Below, piece after piece: positions 18,282 to 27,984 of a stretch of 32,000 nucleotides of DNA. The notes under the pieces were generated by a model. It worked only from the letters and a program-made list of their open reading frames with translations, searched no databases and was not told the origin of the DNA. Source of the DNA: Nitrosospira multiformis ATCC 25196 (GTDB lineage Bacteria > Pseudomonadota > Gammaproteobacteria > Burkholderiales > Nitrosomonadaceae); contig NC_007614.1 in the NCBI RefSeq assembly GCF_000196355.1, positions 2,460,001 to 2,492,000 of the forward strand, written 5' to 3'. Each line of letters opens with the position of its first letter. Position 1 is the first letter of the stretch. A program made the position numbers and the translations under genes.

Positions 18282-18533
18282 TTACAGCGCCTTGCCAGCC
18301 GTTTTACGGGCGGCTTCCAGTTTGGCTACCAATTCCCGTATCTCATCATCTGTCTTCCCAGCAATGCGGGCAGCATTAATGGCGGCTACTTCGCTGGCAG
18401 GCCAGCCTACAGAACGCGGGCCAAGTCTAACTGGCTTGGGCCAAAGTCCTTGCTGAATGCGAAGATAAATGGTTGAACGGGATGCGCCGGACTCAGCTTT
18501 AACAGCAGGAAGTCTTAGGATTGCTTGAACCAT
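18282..18533 (-). CDS. alpA: AlpA-family helix-turn-helix regulator / excisionase-like protein
   Basis: 83 aa. ILRLPAVKAESGASRSTIYLRIQQGLWPKPVRLGPRSVGWPASEV is the AlpA/MerR-type phage regulatory pattern. It lies 4 nt upstream of the replicase-like gene. Confidence 0.85.
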   Translation of the reverse strand: MVQAILRLPAVKAESGASRSTIYLRIQQGLWPKPVRLGPRSVGWPASEVAAINAARIAGKTDDEIRELVAKLEAARKTAGKAL

Positions 18534-18678
18534 GTTTGTACCTCTTTAGGTGTTGTTGAACATGGTTGGCAATTAAATAGCACAAGCGGATACGATAATA
18601 CGCGCGGAGGGTCGCGGGTATTCAATGCGAGTTACGTGGAAACTAGCGCCAATAGCGGCTTTTGGAGGGTGCGGTGAA

Positions 18679-19272
18679 CTATTTGCGCGGGCCGGTGGGA
18701 AGACCGTCAGCGCGAAGGATAGTAGCCATGATTTCGGCGGTGCGTTCAGACACGCCTTCCCCCTTTAGCCAATCAATGACTTGCTGATTGGTAGGCGCGG
18801 TGGTTGGGTCTGACGGGTCGTAGTTGCTCCAGAAACGCTGGGCAGCACCTCCAAGCTTTCGCAGTAAATGGGTTTCGTGTCTGCCCCATGGCCAATCGAG
18901 ATTACTGAGTGTGATAGGTTCAGGTTGCCAGGGGAATTGTGCGGGGATGGGATACTGTATGCTTTTGAGCCAGGTAGCGAAATTTGTAAGCTTGACTTCG
19001 CTTTCTTCCAGTCCTTCCTCACTGCGTGAAAGCAGTTTCAAGAAACTGTTCGCGCCAATACTGGCCTTGGCTAGGCCAAGCAAATCCTCGAATTGCCGGG
19101 GCGGTTCCTTGAACGACCTTGCGAGTTGAGGTTGCTCGAACAGTTGGAAGCTCGCTGGATCAAGATCGCAAGCCAGCGCGACTGACTGCCAGAGTCTTGC
19201 CTGTTTAACCGATTTCCAGTTATCCCAATTTGGCTTGCGAAGTCCCCAAGGCCAAGCGTTATCTTCACTCAT
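18679..19272 (-). CDS. hypothetical island protein
   Basis: 197-aa ORF between int and the alpA-like gene. It contains two WPWG motifs (NAWPWGLRK, LDWPWGRHE). I recognise no family. Confidence 0.6.
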   Translation of the reverse strand: MSEDNAWPWGLRKPNWDNWKSVKQARLWQSVALACDLDPASFQLFEQPQLARSFKEPPRQFEDLLGLAKASIGANSFLKLLSRSEEGLEESEVKLTNFATWLKSIQYPIPAQFPWQPEPITLSNLDWPWGRHETHLLRKLGGAAQRFWSNYDPSDPTTAPTNQQVIDWLKGEGVSERTAEIMATILRADGLPTGPRK

Positions 19273-19298
19273 GGTTTTCCCGAGAGCCCATTACTTCT

Positions 19299-20510
19299 CT
19301 AGGCCACGCCATGCAAGGGGATGATTTCGGCACCAGCTTTGAGTTTGTCCAGGTAATCCGCCCATTGCTGCATCATCTTGCGACGCTCGGGTAGATGAGC
19401 GGTTCGATTATAGGCGCGGCCATTAGGGTCTCTTACCGAATGAGCTAACTGGTGTTCGATAAAGTCAGGACGAACGCCTAGCACTTCATCAAGAATGGTT
19501 CGCGCCATGGCGCGAAAACCATGGCCACTCATTTCTTCCTTGTCTATGCCCATGCGTCGCAGGGCAGCAAGGATTGCATTATCACTCATGGGCCGGCCAT
19601 TGGTACGCGCACCGGGGAAAACAAAGCGGCTTCTGCCTGTTAAAGCTTGCAGTTCCTTGAGGATTTCCACGGCTTGTGTTGAGAGGGGAACAATGTGCGG
19701 GGTATTGGTCTTGGTGACGGTATAGCGCCATTCCCCGCCATCCAGGTCTATATCCTTCCATTCGGCTTTGCGCAGCTCGCCTGGGCGCACAAATACCAGT
19801 GGAGCAAGGCGCAATGCACAACGTACAACGTGAGAACCTGTATAGCCATCGATTGCCCGCAGCAATGCGCCTACCTGTTTAGGTTCGGTAATGGCGGCAA
19901 AATGTTCTCCCTTCACCGGGGGAAGGGCGCCTCTCAAATCAGCGGAAATATCTCGGGTAGCACGTGCGGTTGCGATGGCATAGCGAAAAACTTGTCCACA
20001 GTTACCCAATGCCCTATGCGCGGTTTCCACTGCGCCCCTGCTTTCGATGCGCCGCACTGTTGCCAGCAGTTCAGGTGCTGCTATCTCGGAAATGGGCTTG
20101 CTACCAATCCAGGGAAAGATATCGCGCTCGAACCGGCGAATAATTCGCTCACCATGGCTTTCATTCCAGGTCGGGGAAAACTTCGCATACCATTCCCTGG
20201 TGATCACTTCGAAACTGTTTGTAGTCTTTTCCAGCTTAGCAGCTTTGACCGCTTTACGGTTTTCGCCGGGATCGACATCGGAAGCAAGCAACTTGCGAGC
20301 TTCGTCACGGCGATTACGGGCGTCTTTCAAGCTCACGTCGGGATAAACACCCATGGAGAGGGTTTTGCGTTTGCCGCCATAGCGGTAATCAAATCGCCAC
20401 CAGCGGGAGCCATTGGGTTTGAGCAGCAGGTATAGCCCGCGCTCATCTGTTAGCTTGAGAGGTTTGTCAGCAGACTTGGTATTGCGAATAGCGGTGTCGG
20501 TAAGTGCCAT
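19299..20510 (-). CDS. int: tyrosine-type site-specific integrase (P4-like, with a DUF4102 N-terminal arm-binding domain)
   Basis: N-terminus: MALTDTAIRNTK..LTDERGLYLLLKPNGSRWWRFDYRYGGKRKTLSMGVYP. Catalytic region: HGFRAMARTIL, IEHQLAH, GRAYNRTAHLPERRKMMQQWADYL. ATG at 20510 is preferred over the track start at 20549. Confidence 0.93.
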   Translation of the reverse strand: MALTDTAIRNTKSADKPLKLTDERGLYLLLKPNGSRWWRFDYRYGGKRKTLSMGVYPDVSLKDARNRRDEARKLLASDVDPGENRKAVKAAKLEKTTNSFEVITREWYAKFSPTWNESHGERIIRRFERDIFPWIGSKPISEIAAPELLATVRRIESRGAVETAHRALGNCGQVFRYAIATARATRDISADLRGALPPVKGEHFAAITEPKQVGALLRAIDGYTGSHVVRCALRLAPLVFVRPGELRKAEWKDIDLDGGEWRYTVTKTNTPHIVPLSTQAVEILKELQALTGRSRFVFPGARTNGRPMSDNAILAALRRMGIDKEEMSGHGFRAMARTILDEVLGVRPDFIEHQLAHSVRDPNGRAYNRTAHLPERRKMMQQWADYLDKLKAGAEIIPLHGVA

Positions 20511-20556
20511 GACGGTAACTCCAGTTGGCGGTAACTCTATTACCGTCAAGTTTACC

Positions 20557-20676
20557 GTCAGTTACCGTCGGATTTCAATAGATGAGTTTGGATTTGTTTG
20601 GACAACAAAAAACCCGCAAGCCTTTATTCATGCGGGTTTTCTGGATTTCTTTGGATTATTTTGGACTTTCAATTGG
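20557..20676. repeat. tmRNA-proximal 120-bp direct repeat of the island (att-like)
   Basis: Partner of 10860-10979. It overlaps only the terminal CCA (20674-20676) of ssrA and covers the ssrA terminator. Confidence 0.95.
20605..20640 (-). terminator. rho-independent terminator of ssrA
   Basis: On the minus strand: aacccgca-tgaataaaggct-tgcgggtt followed by ttttttg, ~35 nt after the tmRNA 3' end. An identical copy lies at ~10908-10943, downstream of res. Confidence 0.75.
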
Positions 20677-21035
20677 TGGAGGCGGCGGGAATTGAACCCG
20701 CGTCCGCAAGCCCTCTACAGGCAGTTCTACATACTTAGCCATGTTTTTTAATTTAACCTGGCATCCGTCAACCGGCGGACTGATGGCAGGCGAGTCACCT
20801 ATTGTTTAACGCCCTGTAAAGTAACCCTACCGGGCGCGATCCTCGTTAATGGCTCCGCTGTCTGTTGCCAGACCCGGCGTTGAGGCCCACCGGTGCGGAG
20901 TCCAGCCGGATTTAAGCGGCTAGAGCGTAGTTTTCGTCGTTTGCGACTATTGGTTTCCAGATGTATTTACGAGGTAACTGGTCCTCGGTATGCCCTGCTC
21001 TGTTTTGCAACCCACGTCGAAGCCAAGTCGCCCCC
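20674..21035 (-). ncRNA. ssrA: tmRNA (transfer-messenger RNA, SsrA)
   Basis: The minus strand runs from 5' GGGGGCGACTTGGCTTCGACGTGGG to GGGTTCAATTCCCGCCGCCTCCACCA 3', with an alanine-type acceptor stem including G3:U. The tag reading frame GCA AAC GAC GAA AAC TAC GCT CTA GCC GCT TAA encodes ANDENYALAA (20912-20944). Confidence 0.95.
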
Positions 21036-21461
21036 GGCATTCTGTATTACGGCTAGTTAGATGACTGCGAACCGAAAGAGTTCAATGGGGGTGCTGCATA
21101 TTATTCCCGCAACAAACCTACCGCCAGCAGGATTCCCCTCGATTAGCAATAATATCACGGTCGGATTATACCCATTATTGTCGGGGGAGAGAACTCAAAC
21201 CCATTCCCAGATTTTGATGTTACCGAATAGTCATGTCTTCGAGGAAGAAACCTGTCCCAGGTCCTGGCACTGTTTCCCTTCGACAGTTCAGGGCGAACAA
21301 CGGTCGAGAGATTGAATACCCTCTCCCTGGCAGGGAGAGGGTGTCTTTTTGAAACAAACGTCGGGCGAGGCGAAAATCCGTCGCTGCCTTCCCCCCCCTC
21401 TCCCTGCCAGGGAAGGGGCTTTTCCAGACGAGCAAATAAGAAAAGAGAGTGCGAACGGTTT

Positions 21462-22109
21462 TTACAAATAGCCGAGCAGTTCTTCGGGCCGGTCTATGAG
21501 GTATCTTGCACCCCAGGTTTCGGGGGCACCTACATTGCCGAGATAGCCGTATCTGGCGATGATGGGTTCCATGCCGGCGGCGAGGCTGGCCTGGACGTCG
21601 CGCAGGTCGTCGCCCAGATAGATGCATTCTTCCGGCGGGACGGCTATTGCTCCGCTCGCTGTAAGCAGAGGCTCGGGATGGGGTTTGGAGTGCGTGGTAT
21701 CGCCCCCGCTGATAAGGCAGGAAGCACGATTGCCCAAACCCAGCGCCTCGAGGAGCGGTACGGAAAAACGAGCGGGTTTGTTGGTGACGATGCCCCAGAT
21801 CAGGCCCCGGTCATCGAGCTGATCGAGGAGATCCGCGACCCCTGCGAACAAGAATGTCTCGCGGCAGAGGTGTTCCGCGTAGAAGTCGAGGAATTCGGTG
21901 CGCATGGCGTCATATCCGGCGTCCCCGGGCTTGATGTTGAATCCCAGGCCCAACAGGCCGCGCGCCCCCGCGGAAGCCTCGGTACGGATGAGCTCCAACG
22001 GCAGGGGCAGCAGCCCGCGGGCGATGCGCTGCCGATTCAGGGCATACCCGAGATCGGGGGCGGTATCGGCAAGCGTTCCGTCGAGATCGAAGAGAACGGC
22101 GTTAATCAT
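21462..22109 (-). CDS. gph: phosphoglycolate phosphatase (HAD superfamily)
   Basis: HAD motif I is AVLFDLDGTLADT; later motifs are VTNKP and YLGDDLRDVQA. ATG at 22109 (MINAVLFD) is preferred over the TTG track start at 22154. Confidence 0.85.
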   Translation of the reverse strand: MINAVLFDLDGTLADTAPDLGYALNRQRIARGLLPLPLELIRTEASAGARGLLGLGFNIKPGDAGYDAMRTEFLDFYAEHLCRETFLFAGVADLLDQLDDRGLIWGIVTNKPARFSVPLLEALGLGNRASCLISGGDTTHSKPHPEPLLTASGAIAVPPEECIYLGDDLRDVQASLAAGMEPIIARYGYLGNVGAPETWGARYLIDRPEELLGYL

Positions 22110-22232
22110 GAAAGAAGCATGGATACGAACCGGAGGAATAAAGATGGGCGCCAATCCAGATTGATGATGTCACCGATGACCGGGCTCAACTGAAATGATC
22201 GCTTGGAGTCTGGCCTTGGAGCGCGAGGGGTT

Positions 22233-22952
22233 TCAGGCACGGAATGCCATGATGTAGTTCACATCGGTATCCTGTCCCAGGGAGTAAACTTTGGTGATGG
22301 GATTGTAGCTCATGCCGATTACTTCCTGCACATCCAACCCTGCTTCGCGCGCCATGCGTCCAAGTTCAGACGGTTTGATGAATTTGGCATAGTCGTGCGT
22401 CCCGCGCGGCAGCAGGTTCAACACGTATTCCGCCCCGATCACGGCAAACAGGTACGATTTGGGGTTGCGATTGATGGTCGAGAAGAATACCCAGCCACCG
22501 GGCTTGGCGAGCTCCGCGCAAGCTCTCACCGTGCTGACTGGATCCGGCACGTGCTCCAGCATTTCCATGCAGGTGACCACATCGTAATGATGGGGCTGCT
22601 CCGCCGCGAGCGCTTCCACTGAGCTCTTGCGGTAATTGACTTTATTCCCGCTTTCCAGCAGGTGCAGCTTTGCCACCTTCAGCGCCTTGTCGCCCAGATC
22701 GATGCCGGTTACCTGCGCGCCGCTCTCAGCCATGCTTTCAGACAGGATACCTCCGCCACAGCCGACATCCAGGACGTCTTTACCCGCCAGGCGGGCGTGG
22801 CGGTCTATGTAACCCAGCCGCAGCGGATTGATCTCATGCAGCGGCTTGAATTCACTGTTGGGATCCCACCAGCGATGCGCGAGCTGGTTGAATTTTTCCA
22901 GTTCCAGCAGATCAACGTTGACACTGCCATTTTCGATTTCTTTATCCATCAT
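22233..22952 (-). CDS. ubiG: bifunctional 2-polyprenyl-6-hydroxyphenol / 3-demethylubiquinol 3-O-methyltransferase
   Basis: 239 aa. [33 protein letters not shown] and the SAM motif [13 protein letters not shown] are present. Its ATG overlaps the stop of the upstream gene (ATGA). Confidence 0.92.
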   Translation of the reverse strand: MMDKEIENGSVNVDLLELEKFNQLAHRWWDPNSEFKPLHEINPLRLGYIDRHARLAGKDVLDVGCGGGILSESMAESGAQVTGIDLGDKALKVAKLHLLESGNKVNYRKSSVEALAAEQPHHYDVVTCMEMLEHVPDPVSTVRACAELAKPGGWVFFSTINRNPKSYLFAVIGAEYVLNLLPRGTHDYAKFIKPSELGRMAREAGLDVQEVIGMSYNPITKVYSLGQDTDVNYIMAFRA

Positions 22953-24295
22953 TTTTCGTGAACTGCTATCACGCCCGTTGTCATTTGTTCCCGCCAGAAT
23001 TCAGCCCTGTGCACCAATTCTTCCCGGTCCAGCGTAGTCAATTCCGAGTCACGCAGCAGCATTTTACCATTTACCCACACATGACTCACATGTTCACGTC
23101 CGGCAGCATAGACAAGATGGGAAACAGGGTCATAGCAGGGCGCCATATCAAGACTGGAGAAATCCACGGCGGCAATATCCGCAGCTTTGCCTGGAACAAG
23201 GGAACCGATACGGTCTCCCAACCCTAAAGCCCTGGCCCCGTTGAGCGTGGCCATTTGCAGCACCTGCCATGCAGGCAGCACTTCTGCCCTCCCGCTTTGT
23301 CCTTTTGCTAGGAGTGCCGCAAGCCGCATTTCCTCGAACATCTTGAGCCGACTGTTACTTGCAGCGCTATCCGTTCCCAATCCTACGTTGACGCCTGCTT
23401 CTATAAGAGCGGCAACGGGTGCCAGCCCACTCGCATGTTTAAGGTTGGAAGAAGGGCAATGGGCTACGGAACAGCCTTGCTGCGCCAGCAGTTCGATTTC
23501 TCCCCCGGTAAGATGCACCATGTGTACCGCAATCAGATTGGGTCCGAGCAGTCCGAGCTTGTGAATGCGCTCAAGGGGACGCATTCCATAGCTTTTCAGG
23601 CTGTTGTCGATTTCATCCCCGGTTTCGTGCAGATGAATGTGAATGGGTACATCCAACTGCTCTGCATAGGTGAGAACCCGGGACAAATTCTTGTCACCTA
23701 CGGTGTAAGGCGCATGTGGGGCAAAACAGAATGACAGGAGGGAATGCGGATTGTAATCGTCCCGCAGCGCCAGACCCTTGGTCAGATAGTCGTCAGGATC
23801 GCTGGCGTAGGCAGTGGGAAAGTCGATTGCGATCATGCCGATGCTGGCACGCATGCCCGCGGCCAATGCGGCGCGCGCAGCGGCTTCCGGAAACAGGTAC
23901 ATGTCATTGAAACAGGTAACTCCACCCTGCAGCATCTCGGCGCATGCCAGACGCGTACCATCGAAAACAAAACCCTGGTCCACGTGCTTCGCTTCCGCCG
24001 GCCAGATATGATGGGTTAGCCACTCCATCAAAGGCAGGTCATCTGCCATTCCTCGCATCAGCGACATGGCCGCATGCGTGTGGAGATTTATCAGGCCGGG
24101 AATGAGCGCGTGGCTGTTCATCACGACGCGTTCGCGCGGCTCGAATTGCACGTGTGCCTCGGCGCGGGGCAGGATTGCGCGAATCATGCCCTGGTCAATT
24201 GCAATGGCATGACCATGAAGCACCGCGCCCGCGGGCTCAACCGGGATTATCCAGCGTGCCTCCAGCAGCGTATCGATTTTTACCGGATCCATCAT
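22949..24295 (-). CDS. amidohydrolase of the TRZ/ATZ family (5-methylthioadenosine/S-adenosylhomocysteine deaminase-like)
   Basis: 448 aa. The metal-binding motif is [15 protein letters not shown]. Other matches are [24 protein letters not shown] and an amidohydrolase fold pattern. Confidence 0.85.
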   Translation of the reverse strand: MMDPVKIDTLLEARWIIPVEPAGAVLHGHAIAIDQGMIRAILPRAEAHVQFEPRERVVMNSHALIPGLINLHTHAAMSLMRGMADDLPLMEWLTHHIWPAEAKHVDQGFVFDGTRLACAEMLQGGVTCFNDMYLFPEAAARAALAAGMRASIGMIAIDFPTAYASDPDDYLTKGLALRDDYNPHSLLSFCFAPHAPYTVGDKNLSRVLTYAEQLDVPIHIHLHETGDEIDNSLKSYGMRPLERIHKLGLLGPNLIAVHMVHLTGGEIELLAQQGCSVAHCPSSNLKHASGLAPVAALIEAGVNVGLGTDSAASNSRLKMFEEMRLAALLAKGQSGRAEVLPAWQVLQMATLNGARALGLGDRIGSLVPGKAADIAAVDFSSLDMAPCYDPVSHLVYAAGREHVSHVWVNGKMLLRDSELTTLDREELVHRAEFWREQMTTGVIAVHEK

Positions 24296-24309
24296 CGCGG
24301 AAGCTTAGC

Positions 24310-24337
24310 AAAAAAAAACCCTGCCGCGATGGCAGGG
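24310..24337 (-). terminator. rho-independent terminator downstream of the OmpA-family gene
   Basis: On the minus strand: ccctgcc-atcg-cggcaggg followed by a run of 9 T. Confidence 0.75.
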
Positions 24338-24372
24338 TTTGATTTTTTTGCGTTTTTTATATATGGATCGAA

Positions 24373-25050
24373 TTATTGTACTGTTTCCTTCGTACCGGCG
24401 ACTTCAACTTCGACGCGACGGTCGGGTTGCAGACAGGCGATCAGAGCCTTCGTCTTCTTGTTACCCTTGCAGGTATCGCCCGTTACAGGATTAGCTTCGC
24501 CTTTGCCGTCGATGAAGATGCGATCAGCCGGGATGCCTTTTTCGTTGACCAGGTAAGCCTTGACGGATTCGGCGCGGCGCATGGAAAGTTTCTTGTTATA
24601 GGCATCGCTGCCGAGACGGTCGGCATAACCGATGGCAACGATGGTGTCGTATTTGACGCCACCAAGCTTGGCCACAAGATCATCCAGGGTCTGTTTGCCT
24701 TCTGGCCTCAGGTTGGCCTTGTCGAAATCGAACAGTTGATCGGCGGAGAGCGAGATTTTCTCAGGCTCGGTATAAACAGGAGCAGGAGCAGGGGCAGGGG
24801 TGGGTTCTGGAGCGGGGGCTTCGACTTTTTTCTCGGGTTTTGGCAGCAGATCAGGGTCGCACTCATAGGTTGCCATTGCAGGTGTCCAATAACCGGTGCG
24901 CCAGCAGTCTCCGGAAGAATCTCTGACTACTTCGCCAACGCTATCGACCGCGTAGGCCTCAGGTATCTCCTGAGCCATAGCGACGCCTGAAAACAGCACT
25001 GGCAAAACAGCTGCTCCAAGCAAGAGTTTTTTCGTTACTGTATTTTTCAT
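24373..25050 (-). CDS. OmpA-family (OmpA C-like peptidoglycan-binding) outer-membrane-associated protein
   Basis: Signal peptide MKNTVTKKLLLGAAVLPVLFSGVAMAQE, Pro-rich linker APAPEPTPAPAPAPV, and OmpA-C domain LFDFDKANLRPEGKQTLD..IGYADRLGSDAYNKKLSMRRAESVKAYL. ATG at 25050 is preferred over the track start at 25152. Confidence 0.88.
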   Translation of the reverse strand: MKNTVTKKLLLGAAVLPVLFSGVAMAQEIPEAYAVDSVGEVVRDSSGDCWRTGYWTPAMATYECDPDLLPKPEKKVEAPAPEPTPAPAPAPVYTEPEKISLSADQLFDFDKANLRPEGKQTLDDLVAKLGGVKYDTIVAIGYADRLGSDAYNKKLSMRRAESVKAYLVNEKGIPADRIFIDGKGEANPVTGDTCKGNKKTKALIACLQPDRRVEVEVAGTKETVQ

Positions 25051-25355
25051 GCTATGCCCCTTTTTAGAAAAACTAAGATTCAAGATCAGATCATCCCTGT
25101 AAGTCATGCAAATGAAAAGACTAAGCCGCCTCATTGCGGCATCGCGCATCATTGCATAATCGCGCTTTGATTATGTATTCATATATTTGTCCTTGTCAAA
25201 TAGGGGTGTTGCAATCGGCATGAAAACCGGGCTTTCCGGGTGACTCCCCTACGGGCGGCATGCTAAAATGGGGGGCTTTATATGCCGATATCAGGAAAGA
25301 AATATATCCTCGATATGTTCCCGTTCCCGCAAGTTCTTGTCCCCCTTCAAAAGTA

Positions 25356-27941
25356 ATGGATCAATTCGCGAAAGAAACCCTGCAGATCAGTCTCGAAGAG
25401 GAAATGCGCCGCTCCTATCTCGACTACGCCATGAGCGTCATCGTGGGACGCGCATTACCCGACGTGCGCGACGGCCTGAAACCGGTGCATCGCCGGGTTC
25501 TATTCGCTATGCATGAACTCTCCAACGACTGGAACCGTCCCTACAAAAAATCGGCGCGCGTCGTCGGTGATGTCATCGGTAAATATCACCCGCACGGCGA
25601 TACTGCCGTATATGACACTATAGTACGGATGGCGCAGAATTTCTCGCTGCGCTACATGCTCGTGGATGGACAGGGCAACTTCGGCTCCGTGGATGGCGAC
25701 AACCCGGCGGCAATGCGTTATACCGAAATCCGCATGTCTCGCATCGCGCATGAAATGCTGGCCGATCTGGATAAGGAAACGGTTGATTTCGGCCCTAACT
25801 ATGACGGCACCGAGAAAGAACCGCTGATCCTGCCGACCAAAATCCCGAACCTGCTTATCAATGGTTCGTCCGGGATTGCGGTGGGCATGGCAACCAATAT
25901 TCCGCCACATAACCTGAATGAAGTGACGGATGCCTGCCTCGCCCTGCTGAAGAACCCCGAAATCGCCATCGAGGATCTGATCGAACTGATACCGGGCCCG
26001 GATTTTCCCACCGCCGCGCTGATCTATGGCGTGACCGGCGTAAAAGAAGGCTACCGCACGGGCCGCGGGCGCGTAATCATGCGCGCGCGCACTCACTTCG
26101 AGGATATGGAAAAAGGGGGCGGACGCCAGAGCATCGTTATCGACGAGCTGCCCTACCAGGTAAACAAGGCCAATCTGCTTATCCGTATCGGCGAGTTGGT
26201 GCGGGATAAGAAAATCGAAGGCATTTCCGATTTGCGCGATGAATCGGATAAATCGGGGATGCGCGTGGTTATCGAACTGCGCCGCAACGAAGTACCCGAG
26301 GTGGTGCTGAACAATCTCTATAAAGAAACGCAAATGCAGGACACCTTCGGCATGAACATGGTGGCCCTGCTTGACGGGCAGCCGCGGCTACTGAATTTGA
26401 AGCAGATGCTGGAGGCGTTCTTGCGCCACCGGCGCGAGGTCGTTACGCGGCGCAGCGTATTCGAGTTGAAAAAGGCCCGTGAACGCGGCCATGTGCTGGA
26501 GGGACTCGCTGTCGCCTTATCCAACGTGGATGAAGTGATTGCCCTGATCAAGGCAGCGCAGACGCCTGCAGCAGCCAAGGAAGCATTGATGTCGCGGGTG
26601 TGGCGCTCGCGACTGGTGGAGCAGATGCTGGCACGCGCTGCAGTGGATGCGAAGCAATTCCGACCCGAGGGCCTGGCGCCCGAATACGGGTTATTTGATG
26701 ACGGCTATCATCTTTCCGATGGACAGGCACAAGCTATACTGGAATTGCGCCTGCAACGCCTGACGGGGCTCGAGCAGGACAAGATTGTCAGCGAGTATAG
26801 GGATGTGATGGAGAGAATAGCCGACCTTCTCGACATTCTTGCCCGCCCGGAGCGTATCACGGCCATCATCACCGAGGAGCTTGTTGCGATGAAGCAACAG
26901 TTTGGTGATAAACGCCGCAGCGAGATCGTCATCAATACTCAGGATTTGAGCATGGAGGACCTGATCGCATCCGAGGATGTGGTCGTGACGCTATCGCACA
27001 ATGGATACATCAAATCCCAGCCGCTCGACGACTATCGCGCGCAGAAACGGGGCGGCCGGGGGAAGCAGGCAACAGGCACCAAAGATGATGATTTCATCGA
27101 TAACCTGTTTATCGCCAATACGCACGACTATATTCTCTGCTTTTCCAGCCGGGGGAGGGTCTACTGGATCAAGGTGTATTCCGTGCCGCAGGGAGGACGC
27201 GCTTCCCGCGGCAGGCCTATCGTCAACCTGATGCAACTGGAATACGGCGAGAAGATCAATGCCGTTCTTCCGATAAAGACATTCGATGACAACCGTTATG
27301 TATTCATGGCAACTTCTCTGGGCACGGTGAAAAAAACACCCCTGTCGGAGTTTTCGCGGCCGCGCGCGAGTGGCATCATAGCGGTAGGTCTCGACGAGGA
27401 TGATTTCCTGATCGGCGTAGCGCTGACCGAGGGCAAGCATGATGTGATGCTCTTCTCCGATGGAGGGAAAGCCGTGCGTTTCGATGAGAACGACGTACGC
27501 CCGATGGGACGGGGCGCGCGGGGTGTGCGCGGGATGACGCTGGGCAAGGGGCAAAAGGTGATTTCGCTGCTGGTGGCCGAGAGCGAGGAGCAGGCGGTGC
27601 TGACCGCAACCGAGAATGGCTATGGCAAACGTACTCCCATCAGCGAATACACTCGTCACGGCCGGGGTTCGCAGGGCATGATTGCGATCAAGACCACCCA
27701 GCGCAACGGCAAGGTCGTGGGGGCGCGCCTGGTGCGCGAGGACGACGAAATCATGCTCATCACGACCGGTGGCGTGCTGATCCGCACACGCGTGAAAGAG
27801 GTGCGCGAGATGAGCCGGGCAACACAGGGCGTGATACTGATCAACCTGGATGAGGGTGAGAAGCTTGCCGGGCTGGAAAGGGTCGTGGAAACTGACGAAG
27901 CGCCAGGATTAGGGGAAGGCTTAGCCACGGATTTGCCGTGA
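25356..27941 (+). CDS. gyrA: DNA gyrase subunit A
   Basis: [47 protein letters not shown], the QRDR sequence [19 protein letters not shown] and the active-site AAMRYTE are present, followed by C-terminal beta-pinwheel repeats. ATG at 25356. Confidence 0.97.
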   Translation: MDQFAKETLQISLEEEMRRSYLDYAMSVIVGRALPDVRDGLKPVHRRVLFAMHELSNDWNRPYKKSARVVGDVIGKYHPHGDTAVYDTIVRMAQNFSLRYMLVDGQGNFGSVDGDNPAAMRYTEIRMSRIAHEMLADLDKETVDFGPNYDGTEKEPLILPTKIPNLLINGSSGIAVGMATNIPPHNLNEVTDACLALLKNPEIAIEDLIELIPGPDFPTAALIYGVTGVKEGYRTGRGRVIMRARTHFEDMEKGGGRQSIVIDELPYQVNKANLLIRIGELVRDKKIEGISDLRDESDKSGMRVVIELRRNEVPEVVLNNLYKETQMQDTFGMNMVALLDGQPRLLNLKQMLEAFLRHRREVVTRRSVFELKKARERGHVLEGLAVALSNVDEVIALIKAAQTPAAAKEALMSRVWRSRLVEQMLARAAVDAKQFRPEGLAPEYGLFDDGYHLSDGQAQAILELRLQRLTGLEQDKIVSEYRDVMERIADLLDILARPERITAIITEELVAMKQQFGDKRRSEIVINTQDLSMEDLIASEDVVVTLSHNGYIKSQPLDDYRAQKRGGRGKQATGTKDDDFIDNLFIANTHDYILCFSSRGRVYWIKVYSVPQGGRASRGRPIVNLMQLEYGEKINAVLPIKTFDDNRYVFMATSLGTVKKTPLSEFSRPRASGIIAVGLDEDDFLIGVALTEGKHDVMLFSDGGKAVRFDENDVRPMGRGARGVRGMTLGKGQKVISLLVAESEEQAVLTATENGYGKRTPISEYTRHGRGSQGMIAIKTTQRNGKVVGARLVREDDEIMLITTGGVLIRTRVKEVREMSRATQGVILINLDEGEKLAGLERVVETDEAPGLGEGLATDLP

Positions 27942-27984
27942 ACAGCCAGAGTAAGAACTCATGAGGAATTCATAAGGAACTCCG

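Larger units (their letters stand above)
10860..20676 (-). mobile_element. ~9.8-kb integrative genomic island at the ssrA locus (int, orphan, alpA-like, DUF927 replicase-like, GTAAC array, Type III R-M)
   Basis: It is bounded by 120-bp direct repeats and the integrase gene abuts the tmRNA-proximal repeat. Its content is typical of P4-integrase-type islands. Confidence 0.85.

Noticed and set aside
19695-20435. 246-aa plus-strand ORF
   Set aside because: It is antisense to the integrase gene, which has full catalytic motifs. The sequence is Cys/Gly/Phe-rich and not protein-like.
21061-21315. 84-aa plus-strand ORF ending 4 nt before the first palindrome
   Set aside because: It has no RBS and an unconvincing sequence, and it overlaps the expected ssrA promoter region. 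I kept it only as context for the possible small-RNA or terminator observation.
21312-22193. 293-aa plus-strand ORF, and the 135-aa minus-strand ORF at 21220-21627
   Set aside because: The first is antisense to the clear HAD phosphatase gene. The second is Arg/Pro-rich and runs through the palindromic intergenic region. Neither has motifs or a plausible RBS.
24376-24990. 204-aa plus-strand ORF
   Set aside because: It is antisense to the OmpA-family gene, which has a signal peptide, a Pro-rich linker and an OmpA-C domain.
25575-25640. Thr at the GyrA QRDR position equivalent to E. coli Ser83 ([11 protein letters not shown]) as a possible resistance marker
   Set aside because: Thr is the natural wild-type residue at this position in many proteobacteria. 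It is not evidence of quinolone resistance.
25500-27659. Long minus-strand ORFs (277 aa and 222 aa, plus several of 60-90 aa) inside gyrA
   Set aside because: They are antisense shadows of an unambiguous gyrA and have skewed His/Arg/Ala-rich composition.
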